Source: a virus
Reading direction: 5' to 3' (one strand)
IMG/VR virus record: IMGVR_UViG_3300008448_000045
Location: 12,824-76,823 of that record
Length of the DNA stretch: 64,000 bases
Notes under the pieces: generated by a model
The model's input: only the letters and a program-made list of their open reading frames with translations
Told to the model about the DNA's origin: nothing
The model's database searches: none
In this document: positions 51,439 to 59,145 of the stretch, piece by piece
How positions within the stretch are numbered: position 1 is the first letter of the stretch
Layout: every line of letters starts with the position of its first letter
Program-made: the position numbers and the translations under genes

Positions 51439-52271
51439 CTTGGGGCAAACTCCTGTTGAAGTTTAATATTGTCAAAGAATTCTTTCTTTGTATTACCATC
51501 TTCTTTAAACGCACCTTTAAGCACCGTAGTTTGTGTCAGTGAGCTATGTGCCATAATACCGCGATTCTCACAGCAACCGTGTGTGGCTTGAATGTATACG
51601 CCTAGATCTTTGGCTCCTGTGGCCTTTTCGATTTCCCTAGCAATGTCATTGCAAAGTTCCTCCTGGAGAGTACCACGTCGGGCACACCACTGGGCAATGC
51701 GTGTGTACTTGCTAAGTCCGATAAGTTTCTCGGCAGCAATAAGACCAATATAAGCAACGCCAGTAACGGGTTGGTGATGATGGCTACACATACTGCGAAG
51801 CTCGCTACGGACAACCAACATACCTTCGTAACGGTCCTGCGAGTCATTTGGAAATGCTGTTGCGTCTGGTGCTTGTTCATATCTACCTGCCATTATTTCA
51901 TTAAAGTACATTTTAGCAAGGCGTCTTGCTGTACCTTTACTATTTGGATCATTTTCACGATCAATCAGCAAGCGATCAAGCACTAGTTCAAATGCTTCTG
52001 TTGCTTCGTTGATAAGTTTATCTTTATGTTCTTCTGTGACATAATCGCTAATATTGTCGCCTGCCCAGAAACGTTTATTGTCACGTTTCATTTTAAAGCG
52101 AATTGTATCTGCTAGATACGCTTCTTCGTATCCTTTGTCGCTCATCATTTCGCCGGCTTTAACGTATACCTTTTGGGGTAAAGGCACATACTGGTCTTCA
52201 AATGTATCCTTTACAAAAGTTTTATCAATTTCTGTATTGAGTGCAGGATCTGGTTTAAATTCGTTTGTCAA
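51435..52271 (-). CDS. folE: GTP cyclohydrolase I
   Basis: TARRLAKMY, SMCSHHHQP, LIGLSKYTRI, RRGTLQE, ATHGCCENRG, GAFKED..KKEF. TTG start with GGAG RBS. Confidence 0.93.
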   Translation of the reverse strand: MTNEFKPDPALNTEIDKTFVKDTFEDQYVPLPQKVYVKAGEMMSDKGYEEAYLADTIRFKMKRDNKRFWAGDNISDYVTEEHKDKLINEATEAFELVLDRLLIDRENDPNSKGTARRLAKMYFNEIMAGRYEQAPDATAFPNDSQDRYEGMLVVRSELRSMCSHHHQPVTGVAYIGLIAAEKLIGLSKYTRIAQWCARRGTLQEELCNDIAREIEKATGAKDLGVYIQATHGCCENRGIMAHSSLTQTTVLKGAFKEDGNTKKEFFDNIKLQQEFAPR

Positions 52272-52288
52272 TTATTATTCTCCGAGTT

Positions 52289-52341
52289 ATAGACGTGGAT
52301 GTCTATTGTTAAATTATACAGTCTTATTTAGGTTTTTGCAA
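52289..52341 (-). promoter_or_regulatory. folE promoter (TTGCAA-N17-TATAAT, embedded CTAAATA) and leader hairpin ATAGAC-ATCCAC-GTCTAT
   Basis: Read directly on the minus strand. The hairpin (52289-52306) lies just before the RBS. Confidence 0.55.
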
Positions 52342-52552
52342 AATTTTTAGAAAGTTTTTCACTCAAAAGTATACGACAAATATCAGCATCTTTTTTTGAT
52401 TTAAATTCAAACTCCATGTAATCTTCATACGGGTGATATATAAATCTATTACCAGGTAGTCCAAATACTTCTAAAACCGTAGCACAACATTCATTCCACC
52501 ACGGTACACTTTGATTATCCCAATCTATCCTAACTGTATGTTCAAAATTCAT
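52328..52552 (-). CDS. Hypothetical protein
   Basis: WWNECCATVLEVFGLPGNRF, small phage protein. Confidence 0.55.
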   Translation of the reverse strand: MNFEHTVRIDWDNQSVPWWNECCATVLEVFGLPGNRFIYHPYEDYMEFEFKSKKDADICRILLSEKLSKNFAKT

Positions 52553-52722
52553 TTGATAGATCTTTGTAATTCTTTTAACTCTTCTTCGAGGTATTCTTTG
52601 TACTCCGACAGCACTTCAAATCTACGACCTACATCGCCTGTAGATTGCAAGGCTTGTAAGTCTTTCATAACTTTTGCAATTTTTTCTCTAATTGCTTCAG
52701 GAGTTAAATTAGGTTCTTCCAC
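52549..52722 (-). CDS. Small coiled-coil hypothetical protein
   Basis: GTG start at 52722 with GGAGG RBS. Confidence 0.5.
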   Translation of the reverse strand: MEEPNLTPEAIREKIAKVMKDLQALQSTGDVGRRFEVLSEYKEYLEEELKELQRSIK

Positions 52723-52915
52723 GACCGCCTCCAAATCGTAATCCAGTCATACTACCAAACAGCAGTAAGAATGCCAGCCAAGTATCCCACGCATACGGAA
52801 TCTTTAAAACTGGAAATAAGGTATTTAAAGACCAAATTCCTAAAATAGGTCCTATAACTATTACTAGAACAATTGCTAGTAATGCAACAACTAATTTTAC
52901 TACAGATTTAATCAT
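52709..52915 (-). CDS. Small membrane protein (two hydrophobic segments)
   Basis: Start MIKSVV with ATGA overlap to the PRTase gene. Confidence 0.55.
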   Translation of the reverse strand: MIKSVVKLVVALLAIVLVIVIGPILGIWSLNTLFPVLKIPYAWDTWLAFLLLFGSMTGLRFGGGRGRT

Positions 52916-53460
52916 AACCAAAATTCCTCCCAAGGATAAACTAACCAACAGTCTTCCTCTGCTTTGTTAACGTTCCAAACACTGTAATCTGGATCTTTAA
53001 ATTCACTTGATTGATTGTGCGTTAGAACTGCAAATCGAACGTTATCACCCCATACTTGATTCCATTCAGTATCGTCCGGATAACAGCCGCTTGGCCAATC
53101 TTGTTTAATCCAATCGACAGTAGCGCCTGTATCGTTAATATCGTCAACTATAAGAATTTTCTTTTTAAGTTTCTCAACCCACTTGTTACCACCAAACTCT
53201 GCTCTACGATCAAACGGGACAGAACCTATTGCGTCTTCGGCCATGCCTAAATCACTTACACAGTCTCCGCCGTCACGCAAACTAACTTGTAATGGGCGCA
53301 TTGGAATGCCTGTGTATTGACTCAATAAAATAGCAGGAACAGCACCGCCTCTAGTAATGCCAACAATATAATCAGGTTTCCAATTGTCTGCTGACATTTG
53401 TCGAGCAATGTCTAAACACGCACCTTCTACTTGTTGCCAAGTGTAATAGACTTTTTTCAT
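52912..53460 (-). CDS. Type I phosphoribosyltransferase (xanthine/guanine PRTase-like)
   Basis: YYTWQQV, IVGITRGG, ILIVDDINDTGAT (PRPP-binding loop), WLVYPWE. Confidence 0.88.
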   Translation of the reverse strand: MKKVYYTWQQVEGACLDIARQMSADNWKPDYIVGITRGGAVPAILLSQYTGIPMRPLQVSLRDGGDCVSDLGMAEDAIGSVPFDRRAEFGGNKWVEKLKKKILIVDDINDTGATVDWIKQDWPSGCYPDDTEWNQVWGDNVRFAVLTHNQSSEFKDPDYSVWNVNKAEEDCWLVYPWEEFWL

Positions 53461-53693
53461 GAAGTTAAACCGTAGGCTAATGTTTGTAATTCTTCTTTAG
53501 TCATATGAAAATTATATGTGCTAGTTTGCCATACATCCCCATCTTCATCAAGGCTTTCTTGAATAAGGTCGATATTGAACAACCCTTTAGGATTAATAGA
53601 TTCCCATTTTTCTAAACGAATTCTAAATCCTTCGTTTTCTTTAATAACCATTTCTTTAGCAGTGTGCGCTACATCAGGGTGTAACTCTCTCAT
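53457..53693 (-). CDS. Hypothetical protein
   Basis: 78-aa ORF with ATGA overlaps. Confidence 0.55.
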   Translation of the reverse strand: MRELHPDVAHTAKEMVIKENEGFRIRLEKWESINPKGLFNIDLIQESLDEDGDVWQTSTYNFHMTKEELQTLAYGLTS

Positions 53694-54169
53694 TCCTCAT
53701 CTCCTTTAATTGATTCAAATGTTCTATATTTGCCCAATGCATTAATATAGTCGTCATACAACTTCTTTAGCTTTGGATGCTTTTTCTCTAGTTTAATATC
53801 TCTTTCAGGAATACACAAGACTTTTTCAATTGTGTTTAACCGTTCTTCTAAGTCTTGTCCGTTAAGTATCATCTTACCTTTGACTTCCAAACTAGCAGGA
53901 TCTTGTTTAACAATCATTACGTTGTCATTTGGATTGGCCCAACTTGTTCCGTTAGTAGCACTTGTTAAAAACTGGCCGGCAGTGGTATTGGTTGTATAAA
54001 CTTGCCCAGATCCCCCGCCGCCACCGCCAAAGATTGATACAGTAGATCCAACAGCTCCAATACTGTTAGTAGCTATAGTAACATTTCCTGCTGGCGGAGT
54101 AGGTCCGTATCCTGCTTGATAACCGCCGTTAGATATTGTGTGTTTTCCTGTTGCGTAAGTAGTTGTCAT
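53690..54169 (-). CDS. Hypothetical protein (Gly/Thr-rich N-terminus, helical C-terminus)
   Basis: LEERLNTIEKVL..KHPKLKKLYDDY. Confidence 0.55.
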   Translation of the reverse strand: MTTTYATGKHTISNGGYQAGYGPTPPAGNVTIATNSIGAVGSTVSIFGGGGGGSGQVYTTNTTAGQFLTSATNGTSWANPNDNVMIVKQDPASLEVKGKMILNGQDLEERLNTIEKVLCIPERDIKLEKKHPKLKKLYDDYINALGKYRTFESIKGDEE

Positions 54170-54614
54170 TGTGTATCCATTTATTCTTTACAAGAAATCC
54201 CCATTCTCGTTTTTGTGGCCCCGGCATAAACAAAGTCCAAGCTGTTACACCGTCCTTAAGCTCAATGCGATGATATGAATTAGAACTGCAAACACGGAAA
54301 TGACCTGGCCCACGCCATAAACGATGTTCACCAATCATAACCCCGTTAACAAATTGTGGAACCCATTCGTAGTATCCACCTTTTAATATTAATGTAGCAT
54401 ATGGCCACGGATGATCGTGGACATCATCCGGATCTCCTTTTAGGAACTTGTGTAAAAATACATTAAATGGAAATTTTTTTCTTTCTTTTAAGAAAAGATA
54501 ATATCTTTCCAAATAAGGCTCGTTATCTACACGGTCAAATATAATTCTCTTTCTGCCGGCTTTTTCAAGAAAACTAAGGAATTTATTTTTGAGTGTCTGG
54601 ATTATCATAATCAT
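54129..54614 (-). CDS. Cupin-fold protein
   Basis: LHKF..DVHDHPW..ILKGGYYE..SYHRIEL..WTLF (metal-binding HxH...E...H). Confidence 0.7.
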   Translation of the reverse strand: MIMIIQTLKNKFLSFLEKAGRKRIIFDRVDNEPYLERYYLFLKERKKFPFNVFLHKFLKGDPDDVHDHPWPYATLILKGGYYEWVPQFVNGVMIGEHRLWRGPGHFRVCSSNSYHRIELKDGVTAWTLFMPGPQKREWGFLVKNKWIHNDNYLRNRKTHNI

Positions 54615-54972
54615 CCTTTACAAGTTTGTAAGTAGTCTTAAATTTTTCAAAGGCAATTTTAAGACCTGGATAAATGTCACACATTTTTTGTATTCGATCC
54701 CATTCCGGAAAACTATTTGACCATTCTTCAGGCGGATTAAAAATAAAAGATTCTAAATCAGTTGCGCTAATTGGGCCAAGAGTTACTGTACTAATATTAC
54801 CTGGGGTAGTGTACATAGTACTGTTGTCAATATAAATTTGATTAGAACCACTACCTCCAGATATAGTTATAGTATCTGAAGATGCATAATCATAACCAAC
54901 ATCGATAGTTATATCACCGATATTATCATCGGATATTGTCAAGTATTCTGTTTGCTGAGAAGAATTGCTCAT
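54583..54972 (-). CDS. Hypothetical protein (Ser/Thr-rich N-terminus)
   Basis: C-terminal MCDIYPGLKIAFEKFKTTYKLV. Confidence 0.55.
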   Translation of the reverse strand: MSNSSQQTEYLTISDDNIGDITIDVGYDYASSDTITISGGSGSNQIYIDNSTMYTTPGNISTVTLGPISATDLESFIFNPPEEWSNSFPEWDRIQKMCDIYPGLKIAFEKFKTTYKLVKDDYDNPDTQK

Positions 54973-55999
54973 ATAACATCTCCTTTTGTTTGTTAAGCAT
55001 AGGGAGTCGAGTCTTGTAGTTATCCATGTGCTCTATAATTTTAGAGCATATATCTGGTCTATATACTGTGTAGGCATCAAAACTTTCAGTCCACTTGCTA
55101 GGATACTTAAAAGTATCAAAATACATCTCTGTATAACTAAGTCTGTCTGGCACCATAGGAATAGCATCTACTACAGCACCTTCATAACAACTAATACCTA
55201 ATGTTTCTTGTAAATTAGCACTGAACACTATCTTTGCTTCACCTAACAAGTTATGATATTCATTTTTTGTTAGCTGTTGATCCTGACACACAATAAATTC
55301 ATACTGTGGTAGATGTTCTTTTAAATCTCGAAAGATTTCAACTTGCTTTTCTGGAGCAATGCGATGCGGAAATAATATGAGATCTCTTTTAGGCATATTT
55401 TTATACGGATTTAAAATATCTTCCATATATTCCATAGGCCAACCTGTACGCACTATTTTATTGCTGTTAATATATGACAGTTTTGCTGTTTCATAATCTA
55501 TGCTTAGTAGATTATGAGCAAACATATCAATATGAAAGTCTGTGGCAAAGTAGTTGTGATCAAACGCATGGAAGAAACTCTTTTCAGCATTTCTAACCCA
55601 AGGTGTATCACCTACAAGACGTCCTAAGAAGTCTTGTGGATCATAACTACCTGCATGCCAAAGTCCGTGTGTAATAACTGGAATGCCCAGCAACTCGCTC
55701 ATGTACTTTAAGTTGATGATACCCGGGTGCCAAGCATCAGTAAAAATAAAGTGATCGCCGGGATGAACGGCTCCGTTGCAAAATAAGCGGCCCATCTGCT
55801 CCACTTGTGCTGACTTATAAACATTGGTACCGCCAAAATTAAGGAAAGCACCAGGAGTAGTGGCTGAAGGAATATCCGCAGGGCCAGATAAAATTTGAAC
55901 ATTGTGACCTGCCTTTTTTAATAATTTAGGTATATGGGTCTTCCATTGACCCGTATACCTTGTCTCAACTGATTCTAAATCAACTAAAAATATTGTCAT
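54926..55999 (-). CDS. GT-B (GT4-like) glycosyltransferase resembling DUF3524/GTDC1
   Basis: FPHRIAPEKQ, IVFSANLQETLGISCYE (E-x7-E motif), PMVPDRLSYTEMY. Confidence 0.78.
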   Translation of the reverse strand: MTIFLVDLESVETRYTGQWKTHIPKLLKKAGHNVQILSGPADIPSATTPGAFLNFGGTNVYKSAQVEQMGRLFCNGAVHPGDHFIFTDAWHPGIINLKYMSELLGIPVITHGLWHAGSYDPQDFLGRLVGDTPWVRNAEKSFFHAFDHNYFATDFHIDMFAHNLLSIDYETAKLSYINSNKIVRTGWPMEYMEDILNPYKNMPKRDLILFPHRIAPEKQVEIFRDLKEHLPQYEFIVCQDQQLTKNEYHNLLGEAKIVFSANLQETLGISCYEGAVVDAIPMVPDRLSYTEMYFDTFKYPSKWTESFDAYTVYRPDICSKIIEHMDNYKTRLPMLNKQKEMLYEQFFSANRILDNIR

Positions 56000-56259
56000 T
56001 GGTTATAGCGTGGCTTATTGCCTTGATAAGGCTTGCGCTCACCACTCCAAGGCTTTTTCTCACCGTTCCACGGTTTACGTGGGCGTGTACTCTTTTCATA
56101 GTTACGCCATTGCCAACTTTCTCTATTGTAAAGATGAGCTTCGTTAAATTCAATCAATTCCAAACGACAGTAGTTATGGAATGCTTCCAAGTCGTCAAAG
56201 ATTTTGACAATGTCGGGGCGAGTTTCGAGATAGTTGATATCGTTATAATTTTTAGCCAT
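55996..56259 (-). CDS. Hypothetical protein with basic repetitive tail
   Basis: KPWNGEKKPWSGERKPYQG repeats; ATGA overlap with the GT gene. Confidence 0.55.
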   Translation of the reverse strand: MAKNYNDINYLETRPDIVKIFDDLEAFHNYCRLELIEFNEAHLYNRESWQWRNYEKSTRPRKPWNGEKKPWSGERKPYQGNKPRYNQ

Positions 56260-56274
56260 TGCAGCCTCTTATAG

Positions 56275-56670
56275 TTAGTACTTAATAAATGAACCATTTT
56301 CTCCGTCTTCGGAGACCTCAATCCAAACCTCACGGTCTGGATACTTTGTGTGAATCTGAGCATATAAGTCATCGCTCATCATCTCACAACTCTTATAGTC
56401 TAGCGACAATACACCTTCGTTGCTAGAATACAATTTTTCCAACCATCGTTTGAATTGTATAAATTCCACATCTCTGTCATTGTGGGTAACACTAAGATAA
56501 ACCCTAAAATGAAAAATATGGCGATGGGGATTAGCCAAAAACGAGACATCATATTCATCTCCTGTTGCTAGATTGGGATCAGTTGCGGCTGCGGGATATT
56601 TGTGAATACCTTCTTTTCGAAAGGTAACCCAAATCATTTTATGTGGACGTATATCTTGTTTAATAATCAT
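56275..56670 (-). CDS. dpdL: QueD/PTPS-paralogous T-fold protein, DpdL type
   Basis: EGIH..FLANPHRHIF (LxxxHRHxF in place of CxxxHGH)..SCEM..IEVSEDGENG. Confidence 0.65.
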   Translation of the reverse strand: MIIKQDIRPHKMIWVTFRKEGIHKYPAAATDPNLATGDEYDVSFLANPHRHIFHFRVYLSVTHNDRDVEFIQFKRWLEKLYSSNEGVLSLDYKSCEMMSDDLYAQIHTKYPDREVWIEVSEDGENGSFIKY

Positions 56671-57185
56671 TTGATAATTTCGTCGTTTTTATATTGTGAC
56701 CAGTCTGTGAACTTACTACGATCCATTAGTGTATGTAGACTGTGGGACCATACACCGGGATTAGTTGCTTTAAAATCTTTGTCATCAATTTTAAGCATTG
56801 TATTATAATTCCATAATTTAATATAAGGAATTGGAATTCTAATTTGCGGGATAAAGTTATCGTATTCGCAATACCCACTCTCGTGAAATTCTTCAACTTG
56901 ACTTAAGGGAATATCTAAAGAACAAAGATAACCTTTTTCTAAAAAGAAGAAAATCATTTCCTCCCACTGTTTATGGTTATCATATCCTTGCGGATTAAAA
57001 CTATGATTAGCACCAAAGAAAATATGATTAATTTTTTGATTAACTAATGCACCTTCAATTGCGTCAATCGGTTGAATATCAACTACAAATAATGTATTCA
57101 TACCATATGCCGGCGTGTGTTCTACTTCTTTGCCAAAGAAGAATACAACACTACTCGATTGCCCATCTGTATAATCACGATTCAT
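56667..57185 (-). CDS. Hypothetical protein in the deazaguanine locus
   Basis: EVEHTPAYG, HIFFGANHSF, KIDDKDFKATNPGVW; overlaps both neighbours. Confidence 0.6.
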   Translation of the reverse strand: MNRDYTDGQSSSVVFFFGKEVEHTPAYGMNTLFVVDIQPIDAIEGALVNQKINHIFFGANHSFNPQGYDNHKQWEEMIFFFLEKGYLCSLDIPLSQVEEFHESGYCEYDNFIPQIRIPIPYIKLWNYNTMLKIDDKDFKATNPGVWSHSLHTLMDRSKFTDWSQYKNDEIIK

Positions 57186-57426
57186 TTTTATTTTGCTCGT
57201 ATTGTTTGAATAAACGGGTTACTTCTTCCATGCGTTCTGCAAATACATGCGGGCTAGCTTCGGCTGCTTGTTGCATGTCCCAACTATTAGGGTAGTGACG
57301 TAGGCAACCGCTAGCTCGTTGCCTAATGATTTTAGGAACTTTGGGTGTAACAGTACGGTCACATAAATCCTTTAGTAGTTGTTCTGCCATTTTAACAGCA
57401 CGATATCGTTCATCTGGTAAGGTCAT
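57175..57426 (-). CDS. Hypothetical protein
   Basis: MTLPDERYRAV..LRHYP; ATGA overlap with the TGT-like gene. Confidence 0.6.
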   Translation of the reverse strand: MTLPDERYRAVKMAEQLLKDLCDRTVTPKVPKIIRQRASGCLRHYPNSWDMQQAAEASPHVFAERMEEVTRLFKQYEQNKNES

Positions 57427-58973
57427 TCTTTTACCTGTAATTCTAGCTGGTCTAATTTTGATTCTTCTTCGTCAGTAAATTCGTCACTATGCTCTGATTG
57501 TAGTGTATTTGAATCTGTTTCGTCAAATAGATTGGCAAACATAGTGCTAGCATTGACAGTCTTTTTACCAGTAGCTCCCCTAGTGCCAATGATACTCATC
57601 CAAAAACGACTATATTCTTCAACAACAGCATCGGCAGTACCTCTATCACTAGTTGCAAAAATAGCTTCTACAATATCTTTAAAGAATAGTCTATCAAATT
57701 TCTCTTGTACCAACATAGCTGGAACATTGCCAGCATCATATTTTCTATTAGCTTCTTGTACAGCATTAATATGATGCCAAACATTGTGCCCCATTTGAAT
57801 GGCATAGCTAAAACTATCCCATGAAGTTTTACCTTCTTTGCCTATTTTATTTAGGTCGCCGGGCTTATAGATACAAATATCTTTAATTTGACACTGATCA
57901 ATTATTGGACTTGATTCAAAGTTTTTAAAGATGCCATCTTGTATTACCGCGTCTTTGAAGAGACGAGTATCCGCGGCATATTTTTTGTCATCTGCACTAG
58001 CTTGCATTCTGTAGACCCACTTAGTTCTGTCTTCTGTTTCTGTTTGGATGTAGATTTGTCCGTTTGCTGTTGCCAAAAACGGTGAGGCGCAGTCAAAAGA
58101 TATGGTAAAGTTTTCATTATGATATTTCCTTACAGCACGTTGAATGTCTGTGAGCAAAGTTGCCCACTCCAATTTTGATGTTCCTAAGAAGTGCATCCAG
58201 TCTTGTTTGCCTTTTTCTAGTAGTCCATCAAATCTTAGTGCCACTAACCGCTTTAGCGTTAAGTGTACATCGCACATATTCTGTCCGCCCATAGCCCAAC
58301 CGTTAAAAGCACGGTCACCATAGACTTTAGGATCGCAATACTTCTTCATTCTATCATACCAATCATCTGCATCAGTATGATTTTCACCTTGAAGAACATT
58401 TAAGAATTTACAATTGCCATTACGATTGTTTACGAACCAATCATTGTTAATATATGTTCCTTGCACTGCTTCTGCGTATGTAGTAATACCTGTGGCTTTT
58501 TGTCCAGCAGGACTACGAGCTACCCAAGCAGGAATATCTAAACACATACCATAGTCCATAAGTGCATCCATCCACTTAAGAACTTGTTCACGTTTCTTTT
58601 GTGCTTTAGGACAGTTAGGATTTTTCCAGTCACCTTCCCACACACCTTTACCAATTTGGAAACCACCTGAATCACCAAGTACCCAACTAGTACTACGATT
58701 GCGATTACGGAACATGTCTTCGCTTTCGTCTTGTTTATTGAGATCTAAATTAGCGTGACCTGCAGAGTATAGACAGTGGTCATAGTAAAATAACCCTTTG
58801 TCCGGGTCTAAATAATTTAGGCTTTCTATCCCATTAGTAAAGCTAGCGGGGATACGGGCAGGGTCAACATAGTTGCCATACCGTTGTTTGCCTATAAATG
58901 TAGCATAAAATCCTGACGTTGCTGGCAGGAAATATGCGTAGTCATTTTGAGCTATTGTTAAGTTCTTATTCAA
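57423..58973 (-). CDS. TGT/DpdA-like guanine transglycosylase (7-deazaguanine insertase)
   Basis: GDSGGFQ, MCLDIP, NVLQG, GWAMGG, MHFLG, ISFDCASP and terminal HN, all in TGT order. TTG start. Confidence 0.8.
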   Translation of the reverse strand: MNKNLTIAQNDYAYFLPATSGFYATFIGKQRYGNYVDPARIPASFTNGIESLNYLDPDKGLFYYDHCLYSAGHANLDLNKQDESEDMFRNRNRSTSWVLGDSGGFQIGKGVWEGDWKNPNCPKAQKKREQVLKWMDALMDYGMCLDIPAWVARSPAGQKATGITTYAEAVQGTYINNDWFVNNRNGNCKFLNVLQGENHTDADDWYDRMKKYCDPKVYGDRAFNGWAMGGQNMCDVHLTLKRLVALRFDGLLEKGKQDWMHFLGTSKLEWATLLTDIQRAVRKYHNENFTISFDCASPFLATANGQIYIQTETEDRTKWVYRMQASADDKKYAADTRLFKDAVIQDGIFKNFESSPIIDQCQIKDICIYKPGDLNKIGKEGKTSWDSFSYAIQMGHNVWHHINAVQEANRKYDAGNVPAMLVQEKFDRLFFKDIVEAIFATSDRGTADAVVEEYSRFWMSIIGTRGATGKKTVNASTMFANLFDETDSNTLQSEHSDEFTDEEESKLDQLELQVKE

Positions 58974-59145
58974 TTCTACCCCACTTTATTTTTAACCATA
59001 GTCGTTCAAAAATATAATGTACTATAGTTAATATAATATGTATGATTATGGCATCTCCAAGACCAGTCCATATAGCAGTAATAAGCAAAGCCGCAATTCT
59101 ATAACTTACGGTCCTTGCTATAGTTCTTTTATGTGTTTCTAACAT
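58966..59145 (-). CDS. DUF2061-like small membrane protein (59 aa), not in the ORF track
   Basis: MLETHKRTIARTVSYRIAALLITAIW..HYIFERLWLKIKWG; TAATG coupling to the clamp gene. Confidence 0.7.
   Translation of the reverse strand: MLETHKRTIARTVSYRIAALLITAIWTGLGDAIIIHIILTIVHYIFERLWLKIKWGRIE

Noticed and set aside
52272-52310. Canonical preQ1 or THF-II riboswitch upstream of folE
   Set aside because: Loop length and sequence do not fit the consensus as I recall it; kept only as a novel-motif candidate.
49461-58973. Ordinary queuosine tRNA biosynthesis auxiliary genes
   Set aside because: No queC, queF, queA or queG in the window, the QueD-like protein lacks the catalytic Cys, and the TGT is highly divergent and sits in the replication operon. 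A tRNA target is disfavoured but not formally excluded.
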